NCBI RefSeq assembly: GCF_009914755.1
Contig: NC_060946.1
DNA from: the human T2T-CHM13v2.0 reference genome, Homo sapiens
Length of the DNA: 64,000 nucleotides
Direction: 5' to 3' (one strand)
Shown: positions 35,071 through 63,541 of the stretch, in pieces
How the letters are laid out: every line of letters begins with the position of its first letter
How positions within the stretch are numbered: the first letter of the stretch is position 1
Program-made: the position numbers and the translations under genes
Notes under the pieces: model-generated
Told to the model about the DNA's origin: nothing
Database searches by the model: none
Seen by the model: only the letters and a program-made list of their open reading frames with translations

Positions 35071-36564
35071 AATTAAAATACTTTTTAAATGAGATAAAGC
35101 ATTTCACACATACAGAACACTCAAATGTTGCTGCTGTTGTTAATATTCTACTTCCCCTTTTATAAAGATTCAATGAGATGATGAGATATTCATTGTAGAG
35201 CCCATAGAGTAAGGCCTTGCACACAGCAGGCCCTCAGTAAGTTGTAGTCAAACTTTACACCGGTAGAGGCGAAGCAGAGCACCAGGCACTGGCACATGAG
35301 ATGGGGGTGAATTCAAGCAGGTTGCACGGTGCCTGCCGTGACACAGATGCGCAGCAAATGTAAGTTCTTACTAGTAAGCGCATCACCATTGCAGGGCTAT
35401 GGTGAGGATTCAGTGAATTAAGATTTGAAAAGTACTTAGAAGAGGGCCTGGCATTTATGAAGCATTGTATGGGTGTCTGTTAAACAAATCAGTATTGAGT
35501 GGTAGGTTCTTTCTGTTCACTTCATTTTATTTAACATGGAGCAGCCCTCATGTTCCCATCCGAGGATAATGGCTCTGAGCCTCCCTTTGCTGAAGCAGCC
35601 ACGTGCTGGGCAGTGAGAGGCTCTTTTGAGAGCAGATGTCCTCCTGGACAAGGCTGGAACCCCTTAAGCGCTACAGTGTCCTGAAGTGTTCATGACCATG
35701 TCTGTTCCTGCCCTGGATCAGGGCCTCCCAGCCACTCCATGGAACCAGGCGCCCACTATCCTGGCTGGACACCAAGGCTGTTATGGGCCCCAAGGCTGAA
35801 GGGGCTCCATGTATGAGGGTGAAATCCCCTGGGATGTTGAGCCAGCGTCTGTTCTGTTGCCCATGAACTTGGGCTTCCCACCCCTGTGAAGACCAACATT
35901 CATTAAGAGTTCTACTCGAGAGCCAGTTATCAGAGAGGGCCAGATCCTCTATAGTTGCCTTCCCAGGAAACTCCACAGCTTCTCATCCAACAGGCAATGT
36001 GTACACTCCCGCTGGGAGCTAGGCAGAGTGCTGGGTGTTTAATTTATTTGGAGATTCTCTATGTCATCCTCCTGTGGCTTGATGAAGGCCAGTGGAACAG
36101 TGAGGACACTGGCTGTGCTCACCCACATCCTCAGCATTTCCCATTCTGTGCATGCTATTCAGCTACCAGCTGCAGCTCCCTGCCTCAGTATCTCTTTGCC
36201 TGAGGGTTTTCTCTGGCCACAAGAGTCCCTTCTGGCCAGGGATGGGGCATATTGGAAGCATCGGGGAACCAGTGCCTCCCTGGAGCAGCCCTCAGCTTAT
36301 GGCTGATAGGAGTTAGTGTATCAATATCCCAGCTCACTGTCCCTTTGTGAGGCAAACTCTGACATACATGTTCGGCACAGTCTCCCAGAGCTTCCATGGG
36401 AGATTAAGCACAGTTACCTCTATTGGTAACTTGCTTGGCAACTAACCCTTTACTCCCTCCCCTTTTCTTCCTTTGTCTCAATTTGCCTCTCCCTTACTGA
36501 TGTGCCTTTGGAACTTGTACTTGGATCCTTGTCTGCCCTTGAGGAAACTCCCAACTAATTCAGT

Positions 36565-36790
36565 TTATCTAGAATTGGACATCTGAACCTTAGCGTTACT
36601 GTCATTTGGGATGGAATAATTCTTTGTTGTAGGAGGTGGTCCTGTGCATTGTGGGATGTTGAGCACCCACTAGATGCCAAGTAGCGAACTTACTTTGCTC
36701 TAAGTTGTGACAACCAGATATGTCTCTAGACATTGCCAGGTGTCCTCTGGAGGGTGGCAAAATTGCCTCTGCTTGAGAACCGTTGGTTTA
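36565..36790 (+). mobile_element. MER20 (hAT-Charlie) DNA transposon
   Basis: ataattctttgttgt...tgtgcattgt...gacaaccaga...gacattgcca...ttgagaacc. Confidence 0.75.
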
Positions 36791-37489
36791 GAGAAAAGAA
36801 GGCATCACTGTATTCAGCTCTGCCACTGCGGTGTGGTTAAGTGACCTGTCCTCCGCAGGCCTCACTTCCTTCTCTGTAGAATGGGGTAACAGCAGTCCCC
36901 ACCAGCAGCATATTCTGAGGAATCAGCAAGATCATTCCTAAAACACCTGGTGACCTGACATGGGGCCTGACGCTTGGCAGATGCTCAGTAAGCAATAGTA
37001 GGTATCGTGTCTTGAGTGCCACTGTGTGCCAGGCCCACTTCTGTCTGCTGTCCCACTGTCCCTATCTTAACTCATTCCATCCTCACCATTAGCCCTCCCA
37101 GGTTGTCATCACCATCCCCCATTTTGCAAGGAGGAAACTGATGCACAGAAGGGTTAAGCAACTAGTCCAGGATCACACAACTAATTCTTGTCATGGCTGG
37201 GATTTGAACGCTGGGGGTCTGGCTCCAGAGCCTGTGCCTCTAACCACCACTCCATGCACATCGTTTTGACTGGCAGGGAGAGGGCATTGTGGTTTCACTC
37301 CCTTCAGTCTCAAGGTCAACTTCAACCCACATGGAAATGGCAACCGCATCCTTGGTTGATTTTCTGGGGCTTGAGCCGCACAGGCTTAAGAAAAACAGTC
37401 ATCCTGCGGTTTCCATTTGTGAGAGGTTTCCATCTGTAAGAGATAAGAAGTTCTTTCTGAAAGAGTGCCTAAATCAGAAGTCAACAAAC

Positions 37490-37695
37490 CCCTTTTCATG
37501 GGCCAATTTCAGCCCACTCACCTGTTTTTGTAAATAAAGTTTTATTGGAACACAGCCACATCCATTCATTTATATATCATTTATGGCTGTTTTCATGCCA
37601 CAGCAGCGGAGGTGAATCGTTGTGACAGAGGTCATATGGCCCACAAAGTTGAAAGTATTTACTGTCAGGCTTTTAACAGAAGAAATTTGCAGATA
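37490..37695. mobile_element. MER58A-like DNA transposon
   Basis: gggccaatttcagccc...gtaaataaagttttattggaacacagcc...tttaacagaagaaatttgc. Confidence 0.7.
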
Positions 37696-38175
37696 TATGC
37701 CTTAAATATAAAGGATTTCACCCTGTGGGAGGGGAGATATGACCACAGATGTTTCTAAGCTGCCTCTCAGTGTCTCATCAGACCTGTCTCCGCTGGGTTC
37801 TTTGCCTGCCCCTTGTGCTCTGGGGAGGCAAGGACAAGTTCCAAAATATGTGGACAGGTTCACATCAGATAAGGGCATTTTCAGACCCCTCTGCTTCTGA
37901 GATTGTCTCTGTACTGTCTAGCAGGGTAGCCATGGGCTACATGTGGCTCTTGGGCTCCTGAAACATCTCCAGGGCAGATGGGGATGTGCTGGAAGTGTAA
38001 GACACACACTGGATTTTGAGACTTTGTTAAAAAAAAAAGTCTCAATAATTTTATATTGATTAGATGTTAAAATAGTAACATTTTGGATAGACTAGGTTAG
38101 ACAAAATATATTGCTGGAATTGATTTCACCTGTTCTTTTAACCTTTTAATGTGGCTACAAAAATTTTTAAATTAT

Positions 38176-39403
<1,228 letters not shown>

Positions 39404-39952
39404 AGTCAAATCCCCTGGGTTAGGATCTTGGCTCCTCTCCTCATTAGCTGGGTGGTTTTGGGCATGTTGCTTAAACTCTCCATGCCTCAGTTTTCTAATC
39501 TGTAAAAGGGGTTAATGATAGTACTGTACTCAGTAGGGACAGCAGTTGTTAGTGGAAAGAGGAGAGGGACTTCAGTCAAAAAGACTAGATACGTCTGTTA
39601 CTGCCTGGCAGGGCTTTGGGTGATTAAGTCATGCCATCATTCTGAGCCTCAGTTTCTTCTTCTGCAAAATAGAAGAGGGAGGATGCATCCCTCACAGGGT
39701 CGTGAAGAACAATAACTGGTTTCCTTAGGTTTGCTCAGGTCGTAAACTTCCTAGCCTGACACTCAGCGCATAGTTGGCACTTTATAAAAATCAGCATTCT
39801 TTCTTCTAATTGAACACAGTGAATGTGGGAGCTGTGTGGAGCCGGGAAGGGGGAGGGTTGGAGCCCCCAGAAACTGGCTCTTCCAGCTGTCTCAGTGTCC
39901 TGCCCACCGCAGAACCCCCACCTCACTGGTTCTTTCTGTTTTGTGTCTCAAG

Positions 39953-40117
39953 TTGCCCCCGACTTCTTGGGCAGCACTTCCTCCGTCTCTGTGGGCCCTG
40001 CCTGGATGATGGTTCCTGCAGGCCGGTCCATGCTGGTGGTGGCCAGAGGGAGTCAGTGGGAGCCAGCCAGATGGGACACTACTCTCCCCACGCCAAGCCC
40101 GAAGGAGCAGCCCCCCA
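39953..40117 (+). CDS. SGSM1: SGSM1 probable alternative cassette exon (VAPDFLGSTSS...PKEQPP), 55 codons
   Basis: Pyrimidine tract + ctcaag|TT acceptor; weak A|gtaatg donor; 165 nt, phase 1-1, open frame. Confidence 0.8.
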
Positions 40118-40734
40118 GTAATGTCTGGGATCTCCCCGTCCCCAGGGGCTGGGTGCCAGCCACCTCTGCCATGTTGTCATTTGAGTTCTGGTCCCAAGGG
40201 AGATGGAGGCAGGAAGGGAGATGGAGGCAGAGGGATTGATGCCCTCCTGCTGTCCAGCCTCCACTCTATGGAAGGCAGCTTGCAGTGTTGTAGGTTCAGT
40301 AGCGAAGGGATCAATTGGTGATGTCTGCATGGATGTGGGTGTGAGAGGCTGAGATGGAGGAAGGCATGGTTGCCATGCTTGGGCTAAACTGGTCAGTGCA
40401 TCCCTGAGATTGGCTAAGAACTGGGGCTTTTCTTCTAGAACATTTTACAGGGGCTTACTGATCTTGGCTAGCTCATGGGTGAGTCTACATGGGGAAGAAT
40501 AGTGTAACAAGCCACATTTGGTGGCTGCAAGAATTACATCGTACAGGCAGCTTCCTCTTCTGTCTGTGGGTAGGGGCTGACCTTGTCAGCTACGGAGCTC
40601 TGATGGCAAGAGGACCAGTTCCACAACTCTCCCTTACCTTGGGGCCCAAGGAAGAGTCAGGGTATTACCAGTTGTCCTGTGGGGACCATGACATATGGGA
40701 AAAAAAGTGTGCAACTCTCTTCACTTCCTACAGC

Positions 40735-41070
40735 AGGGATTAGAAAACTAAGATTCATGGGCTGAATTCAGCCCCATTCTGTACCAGCCTATGAGCTAAG
40801 AATGTTTTTTCAATTTTTAAATGATCCAAAAAAGCCAAAAGGAGAGTAATATTTTGTGACATGAAAATGATATGACATTCACATTTCAGTATTTATAAAT
40901 AAAGTTTATTTTATTAGAACATGTGCATGCTTCCTTTTTTACATTTTGTTTATGGTTACTTTTGCACTAGAACAACAGAGTCAGGTGCTTATGACAGAGA
41001 CCAAATGGCTTACAAACACTAAAATATTTACTAGCTGTCCCTTTACAGAAAAAGTTTTTATGGATCCCTG
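40735..41070. mobile_element. MER58B-like DNA transposon, followed by a 5'-truncated AluY (41088-41195)
   Basis: gagctaagaatg...aaatatttactagctgtccctttacagaaaaagttt. Confidence 0.65.
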
Positions 41071-42114
41071 TTTTAAAGAAGATAAAAGAATGGCGTGAAC
41101 CCAGGAGGCGGAGCTTGCAGTGAGCCAAGACCACGCCACTGCACTCCAGCCTGGGCAATAAAGCGAGACTCCATCTCAGAAAAAAAAAAAAAGAAAGAAA
41201 GAAAAAAGAAAAAGAAAATAAAGCTTTTGCACCTGTCTAGGACTACCAAGAGGCCAGGAAGTTGACTATAGAAATGGTAATGCATATGTCCCCAGTATGT
41301 TTGTTACGTGGTTTTGTAGACTCTGCAGTTCTTATGAAGCTGAGAAAGAAAAATAAATAAAGGAAGCTATGAGTGCTGTATCCTGAGAGTGGCTGGTCAG
41401 GAATCACCAGTGTCCAAAAGTTAGGAAATCAGAGTCCATCGAATATACCTGCTGTATCAAAATTGCTTTAGAAATACAGATTTGAGAGCTCTGTCTCTAG
41501 GATTTAGTTGAGTAGGCCAGGAGTGTGGGGCAGCCATATTGCTTTTTAACAAGCTTCCCACGTGATTTTAGGGAGTTGCTAATATGTTTGAGACCCACTT
41601 GCTGGAGCAGCTTTAGCCTCAGGACCATGGACAGCGCAGGTGCCCTCTTCCTCAGCAGGGGCTTCACTGGGTCTCTGGCACTTGGGTGCCCTGCCTCATC
41701 TATTGAGTCAGGCTCCCTTCCATCTCAGCCATGAGGCCTGTCTCTTCTCCAGAATCATCCAGCAGGCTCCCCTTCCCTCCTGCAGCATCCTGTGAGCATG
41801 ACTAAGTGACAACATGGCAAGGCTTGGCCTCCTGCTCTGGGATTGGGCCTGGTTTCTTGGCTCTTGGCTCTCTGTGTCCTCTTCTTCTCTCTTTGGCTGT
41901 CATCAGCTCTGCCCCAGATTTTGGTGGTGGCTTTCATTGGATCAGGCAAACTCAAGGATGATTAGGGCTGCTGTTTCCTACTGTCATCTTCAGGGTCTTT
42001 TCCTATCTCTGTGCTGGCTGGGGCGGGTGAGCTGCTTGCTCTAGGGTGAGATTTCTGTGACCCACATAGGTTTAACCAGGGTGATTCTTCTGCCCCTCCT
42101 TCTATCCACCACAG

Positions 42115-42253
42115 TGCCCCAGGATCTGATGGACGTCTCTGTAAGCAACCTCCCATCCCTGTGGCAGCCCAGTCCCCGGAAGTCCTCCTGTTCATCCTGT
42201 TCACAGAGTGGCTCGGCTGATGGTAGCTCGACCAATGGCTGCAACCATGAGAG
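42115..42253 (+). CDS. SGSM1: SGSM1 coding exon (PQDLMDVSVSNLPSLWQPSPRKSSCSSC...NHER)
   Basis: ccaccacag|TG acceptor; AG|gtatga donor; 139 nt. Confidence 0.93.
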
Positions 42254-42414
42254 GTATGAGGGGCTTGAGCTGCAGATGGAGAGAGCTGAAGGATGTACCA
42301 GAGATCTGTAGATGCCCATGTCTTACCCTGCACTGAATTCAGAGTGAGCATAACCTGCGGACTCAGGCAGATATAGGTTAAATCCTGGCCATGAAATCCT
42401 AGCTGTTAGAGGTT

Positions 42415-42790
42415 ACATGTAATAGTCAGGATAAACAAGGTTATGCTGCAGTAACAAACAGTCCTAAAACCTCAGTGGCTTTTTTACAACAAAAGTTTAT
42501 TTATCATGCATGCTGTGTTTCTATCATGGGTCAGCTGGTGGCTGTTTTTTCCACACTAAAGGGCCTGGGTGATGGAGCAGCTACCATCTTGAATGTTGCC
42601 AGTTACAATGACAGGGAAAGGTAGCTCTGCAGAGGTTGGAACCTACGATAAAAAGGCTCTGCCCAAAAGCAGCACATGTCATATCCACTCACAGCCCATT
42701 GGCCCCATCCACAAGGGGACAGTAAGTGCAGCCCTACCATACACCTAGAAGGCAAAATAATCCCAGAAATATTATTTAACAACAACCACA
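42415..42790 (-). mobile_element. MLT1 (J/K-like) LTR
   Basis: tgtaatagtcagga...ttatgctgcagtaacaaac...ctcagtggctt. Confidence 0.6.
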
Positions 42791-43174
42791 TCTCAGTTTG
42801 CACCCCCACACAGTGGAAATTCCAGTTCTTAACTTTATATGGCTGTGGTAAGGACCAGCTCAGGTAATGGTTTAAAGTGGCCAGAATGTGGCACCTGCAC
42901 ATGGTACTGTTCAGTAAATGACACTTAATGTTTTATTATATAAAGTTAAATCTCAAGCTCATCTTCTGTTTGCCCATAGATCCTTTGTCTCTTTGAAACT
43001 CTTCAGCCAATTCATGAGACTGATCTTGTTTTCCCCTGGTCCAACCTGGCCTGGCCTGAGAAAATAGAACCCTTTTGTCCTTGCGGGGCTTCTGTCCTAG
43101 TGGGTGGTCCAGTCATCAGCCATAGGATATAAGGGGTGGGGGCTGGCATCAAATTTTTGGAGTCATCCAATCCC

Positions 43175-43820
<646 letters not shown>

Positions 43821-44344
43821 AAAGGCTGCTATAACCCATTGCCCCCTCTCCTGTTGTAGCATCTGCTTACACACTTGGAGTGATGGAGAGCTCACTACTT
43901 TGCAGAAAGCGAAGTCTACAGCGGGAAAGCTGTTGATGTGATCCTATTCTGATGTAATCTGAGCAAGTCTGAGCCTCATCAACCTGAGGGCACAAAGGGG
44001 AACTCTTTACTGTTTAATGTTCCTAACTGTCTCAATGTGCCTAAGTGGAGGACTTCAGCTATGCTCCTTCTGCCCTGCCCCAGTCTACCTGTTTTTCTGG
44101 ATGTCTCCTGGGATGTCCTGAGAACAAATATGCAGATATTCTTCCATTCTATCCTCTATGAGAGTGTACAACACTCCCTTCAGCAGTCCTGGATTTCTCC
44201 AACAATGCTAGAATCTGACTCCTCTCACCTCTTTCAGCCGAAAAAGTTCCCAAAAATTCCCATGCAAGGAGAAGCTTTGAGGCATCACCTACTTAGCAAT
44301 CAGCCAGACTCTGAATCCCACTTTGGCTCAGCTTGGTTCAGCTG

Positions 44345-44880
44345 GATCACTTTACAAATCAGAACTCTTTCTGCAAGTGATAGAAACCCACTTCAAACTG
44401 GTTCAAGTACAAAAGGAAATTTGTTGGTGTAACTGAGAAGCTTAGAGGCACAGTGGCTTCAGGCATGGCTGGATACAGATGATCGAAATAGGAATCTCTG
44501 TTTCTTCAGCTCTTGGCTCTGCTTGCTTCTATGATGGTTCCATCCTCAGACAGGTGCTTCCTATGCAGTGGCAAAGATGGCTCCCAGCAGCCACTGCCCT
44601 ATATCCCACTGGCTTAGAAACCCATTCAGAAAAGTGTCTGTTACCTAGTAATTCCAACAAAAGTCCCAGGGCTAATTCTCATTGGCTCAGGTTGGGTCAC
44701 ATGACCATCTCTGCCCCAATCACTGTGACTCCAACCTGAGTCCTGTAGTGGGCAGAGTCATCCACATACAAACCACACAGACAGTTGTGGAGAGCGTGAT
44801 TTCTCAAGGGAAAATCAGGGGGCCGGTACCAGAAGAGGCAATGATGCTGTACAGGTAGAGGTAATAGCAGCCCTCCCTAC
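44345..44880 (+). mobile_element. MLT1 (J/K-like) LTR
   Basis: gcaagtgatagaaaccc...ggcttcaggcatggctggat...ttgggtcacatg. Confidence 0.6.
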
Positions 44881-45000
44881 AGTCTCCCTGACTGGCTGAT
44901 ATTAATCTGCCCTCTAGAGATAGCACGTGGTTATCCTCTCCAGAAAATCTGGGCTGTGTTTGGATCTATTCTAAGCATCTCCCTCTTTCTCCACCTGCAG

Positions 45001-45065
45001 GGCTCCCCTGAAACTTCTCTGTGACAATATGAAGTACCAGATCCTCTCCAGAGCCTTCTATGGAT
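45001..45065 (+). CDS. SGSM1: SGSM1 coding exon (APLKLLCDNMKYQILSRAFYG)
   Basis: ccacctgcag|G acceptor; T|gtacgt donor; 65 nt. Confidence 0.93.
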
Positions 45066-45565
45066 GTACGTATAGGGCTCCATTGCCAGTGTGTCTCCGT
45101 GGAGCAGCTATTGGTGCCTGCTGTATGCCAGCAATATCAAAAGATACTGGCTCTGGAGTTTGAACCTCTCCTCCTCTATTCCCTAGATGTCTGGTTTCAG
45201 TGACGTTACATGAACTTCTCTGAGCCTCAGTTTTCTTGTCTACTGACGGGATAAATTTTACCCCTGGGTCCTGAGAGAGGACAGTGGACAGTGGGGTCCC
45301 CTGGGGACAGAGATTTGGTTTAATCACCACTGCATCCCCAGGTGCTACAGTGGAGGATTTGTTTTCAGGATTGAATGAGGACCACGTAGAAAGCCCCAGC
45401 ACCTAGTATTGCATGCTGTAGGTGCTCAATAAATGTCAGTTTCCTTCTCTCGTGGGCAGAAAGAGCAGAAAGAGTAAGGTGACCTTATCCCTCCCCCAAA
45501 ACTTAAATATTAAATTCATAATACTTGTATTATGATTATTCCTGTTTAACAGATGAAGACACTAA

Positions 45566-47910
<2,345 letters not shown>

Positions 47911-47919
47911 GTTTTTTAT

Positions 47920-48870
<951 letters not shown>

Positions 48871-49213
48871 ATATTCAGCTGCAATTTGAACAGGAGTTGT
48901 CCACGTTTCACATTCTCTTTCTTGCTGTATGGATTAGAGACAGACAGAGGCACAGCAAGCCCACAGAGTCACTGGCCACCTTCCTTTCTACCCCCTTCTC
49001 TGCCTCTAGCCTATGAATTAAATGCTTTGGCTTAGAGCAGAGAAGGGTGCCATCACCCTGACTGAGGCTGAGAAAGGTGATAAGACTTCCCTAGGGTTAT
49101 AGAGCTATTTAGCAGTCCAGCCAGCAAGTGCATAAAGCTCTGTCTTCCTTGTCTGGAAAAGGGGAAGTTGACAAGAATTCACTGAGTCATGGCGTTTAGT
49201 AAGATCAGGAGTG

Positions 49214-52100
<2,887 letters not shown>

Positions 52101-52156
52101 AACCACCCCCTGGTTTTCTGTTGACCAAACTCTTTGCTCCTCTCCACCCACCACAG

Positions 52157-52285
52157 AGTTACGAGGAGCAGGAGCTGCTGCGCCTCATCTACTACGGGGG
52201 CATCCAGCCTGAGATCCGCAAGGCCGTGTGGCCCTTCCTCCTGGGCCACTACCAGTTCGGGATGACGGAAACAGAAAGGAAAGAG
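52157..52285 (+). CDS. SGSM1: SGSM1 coding exon, start of TBC/Rab-GAP domain ([32 protein letters not shown]...RKE)
   Basis: ccaccacag|AGT acceptor; GAG|gtcggt donor; 129 nt; RxxVWxFLLG TBC motif. Confidence 0.95.
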
Positions 52286-52469
52286 GTCGGTTACCTGCCA
52301 TGGGCACTGGGATCTTTGGCAACAAAAGGAGCCAGATACTGTGGGGCTGGGGAGCGCTGGTTCCACGCTGGACCAAGGAAGGGGAGGGAGATACGGGGAA
52401 GATGGGAACCTGAAGGCGGCGCTGTCCAATAGAAACATAACACAAGCCACATAGGCAATTTTTACGTTT

Positions 52470-54480
<2,011 letters not shown>

Positions 54481-54535
54481 GTAATTTTAAATGTTTTCAT
54501 AGTCACCTTTTTTTTTTTTTTTTTTTTTTTTTTGA

Positions 54536-54766
<231 letters not shown>

Positions 54767-54899
54767 TGATCCGCCTGCCTTGGCCTCCCAAAGTGCTGGG
54801 ATTACAGGCGTGAGCCACCGTGCCCGGCCCTCATAGTCACATTTTAAAAGTAAAAAGAAACAGATGCAATTCATATTTTTGAGCTTCTTATTTTGAAAT

Positions 54900-55910
<1,011 letters not shown>

Positions 55911-56054
55911 AATTATAAGTTCACAAGAAGCTGCAAAAGTAAGAGGTCCCAGGTACCCATCACCCAGCTTTCCCCAGTGGTAACAGTTTATGTAACTAAA
56001 GTAAGTACACTGTCAAAACCAGAGTGTTAACACTGACACAATACAACTAGCTAG

Positions 56055-56935
<881 letters not shown>

Positions 56936-58336
56936 TATAAAGGATGGAGGGGAGATGACAAAGTATCGAGAAGTGTGGGAAGCATAGGAGCACCAGACTG
57001 GCCCTTTCTCCCTGGGGTAATCAGAAAAGTTGAAGGAGAGGAGAAAGCAGAAAGTTTCTGTAGTTCTGTATTATAAGGACCCATGCTAGTGAAATGTCTG
57101 AAGTTCATCTCAGTACTAGTGTGAGGCCCCGCCACACTTCACCCATGCCTGGTGGCTTCCTGGGGAGTCAGTAACTGACAACTCTGATGTACAGAGCCCC
57201 GTATTCAGAGCTGGGGATGCAGAAGCACATTAGGTGAGGTCCTTCCCAGTTTCATGGGGGTTGTGGTGGTCACTGGTGGGATTGAGGCAACCCCGAGGGC
57301 TGCAGGAGCATATGGGAAGCACCTAAGACGGGCAGGGGTGAAGGCAGTCAGAGAAGACTCCTGGAGGAGCTGGTTGTTCGTAAATTCTCAGAAGGAATTA
57401 CTTTTCGGGCCAAGAGGGTGAAGAAGGGAAGAGAAGACAGCACAGGCAGAGGTCTGGAGGGGAGACCAGCGTGGTGTGGTGTGTGTGTCCGAATGGGTTT
57501 AGGGAGGGGCAGGAAGGGCATGGTGGGTGTGAGTTGCTGAGACATGAAGGAGTAGGATGGTGGAGGCAGCAGTGAGAGGGGAGGCTGGAGAGGAAACAAG
57601 GATCACGACTGCTAAGTGGTGCACGGTTCAGGGGGCGGGGTGGTCAGGCTGCAACAGAGACCTGGATGGAGGCTGCTGGGGCCATGCATCTAGGTGAAAG
57701 TGGTGTAACCCTGGCCCAGGATGGCACTGGGAATTGGGAGGTGGGCAGGGCTTGGAGGAGTCTCAGGGAGGTGGGCAGGAGGGAGTGGCTCAGGCGAGGC
57801 CCTTGGGCAGGATGGACCCTCAGTCCCCCTCCCGAAGTCCTGAGTAGCCATAGGAGAGGGTCGGGCTCCCCACCCTCTCTTTTCCCATCCTGGCTCTCCT
57901 TACCTAGATCAGCCAATCCGTCCCCGTGGTGCCCAGAGGTCTGGCAGACGCAGAGCCTGTTACCTGGGCTGTGTTACTCAGGGACAATGGAAGCTCCCCA
58001 CCTCTTTGCTGAATCCCACAAGGAAAAAGCTGGAAATCTGTGGCCCTTCTGTAAGGCCATTGCTGTAAGGAAAGGAAGCGGGTTGGTTTTATTTGTATTG
58101 TATCCTCAGCACCTGTAGCCCATGTGGGGTACATGGGAGGCCCTCAGGTCATGCGTTGATTGAGTGGATAGGTGGGGGAAGGTCAGCATCTTGCTCATCT
58201 TGTATTCCATATGGCTAGTTTGGTGCCTGGTATGTAATAGGTACTTATCAAATTGAGTGAGTGAATGAATGGATGAATGAATGAGTAAAGAGAGAGGGAA
58301 GGTAGTAAAAAAGAAAGAAACAGTCTTCTCACTTTT

Positions 58337-58622
58337 GGCCGGGCGCAGTGGCTCACACCTGTAATCCCAGCACTTTGGGAGGCTGAGGCGGGCGGATCAC
58401 GAGGTCAAGAGATCAAGACCATCCTGGCCAACAAGGTGAAACCCCGTCTCTACTAAAAAAAAAAAAAAAAAAATACAAAAATTAGCTGGGCGTGGTGGCG
58501 CATGCCTGTAGTCCCAGCTACTCAGGAGGCTGAGGCAGGAGAATCATTTGAACCCGGGAGGCTGCAGTGAGTCAAGATTGTGCTACAGCACTCCAGCCTG
58601 GTGACAGAGCCATACTCTGTCA
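58337..58622 (+). mobile_element. AluS(c) with a GGAA-expanded tail
   Basis: About 21-bp TSD agaaacagtcttctcactttt. Confidence 0.88.
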
Positions 58623-59000
58623 AGAAAGAAAGGAAGGAAGGAAGGAAGCGGAGGGGGGGGAGGGAAAGAAAAATAGAAACAGTCTTCTCACTTTTGTATC
58701 CCCAGGGCCTATGTACTATCTAGCACATAGTAAGGACTCAATGAATAGTTGAAATTTATATATGTATGCATGAATGAATAAAGGAAGGAGGGAAATAAGG
58801 AAAGAAGTAGCCTTGCTCCCTTTGTGTCTTCAGAGCCTAACCAGTGCTAGGCATAGCATAGTAGGTGCTCAGTTAATATCTGCTGGATGTTAACTGCGTG
58901 AATGTTGGATGGATCAGAGCCACTCTCTTCCACGTTGGTCTGGCCCTCCCCAGGCGCCCCTTTGTTGACACCTCGGGTGACATTGCATCTGCCCTGGCAG

Positions 59001-59183
59001 GTGGACGAGCAGATTCATGCCTGCTATGCACAGACCATGGCTGAGTGGCTGGGCTGCGAGGCGATCGTGCGGCAGAGGGAGCGGGAGTCCCATGCGGCCG
59101 CCCTGGCCAAATGCTCATCCGGGGCCAGCTTGGACAGCCACCTGCACCGGATGTTGCACAGGGACTCAACCATCAGCAATGAG
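59001..59183 (+). CDS. SGSM1: SGSM1 coding exon ([27 protein letters not shown]...STISNE), 61 codons, possibly alternative
   Basis: ccctggcag|GTG acceptor; GAG|gtgatg donor; 183 nt, phase 0-0. Confidence 0.93.
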
Positions 59184-59570
59184 GTGATGGGCGGCTGGCC
59201 TCGGGGAGCGCGGGGGCTGGGGAAGGTCAGGGTCTGCTTCATTGGGCTGTTCTAAGAGTGGTGAAGACTGGGTGTCTGGGGCCTGGTGACAGTCTCACCC
59301 CTGGCTTTTTCTTTAAGAGTGTGCGGTGACTTTGGAATCAGACCTGAATTCAAACTCTAGTCCCACCATTTAGTAGTTCTGGGGTTCCCTACCAGTACCT
59401 TTTCTTCTGGGCCTCAGTTTTCTGCATCTGTAAAATGGGAATAATCAGGTGTAGAGGAGGTTCGTGTACAGTCCAAACAAGACAATGTATATAAAGTGCC
59501 TGGCGCACTGCCTGACTTTCATTGATTCAACAAATGCTTATTGAGTATCTACTATGTGCAGGTACTATCA

Positions 59571-63444
<3,874 letters not shown>

Positions 63445-63541
63445 TAAGCCGATCACCTGTTGTTGGATGTTTAGGTTGCTGATGTAAGTAATGCTGCAGT
63501 CGACATGCCGGTCCATCTGTTTTTGTGCACCTTGTCCTCAG

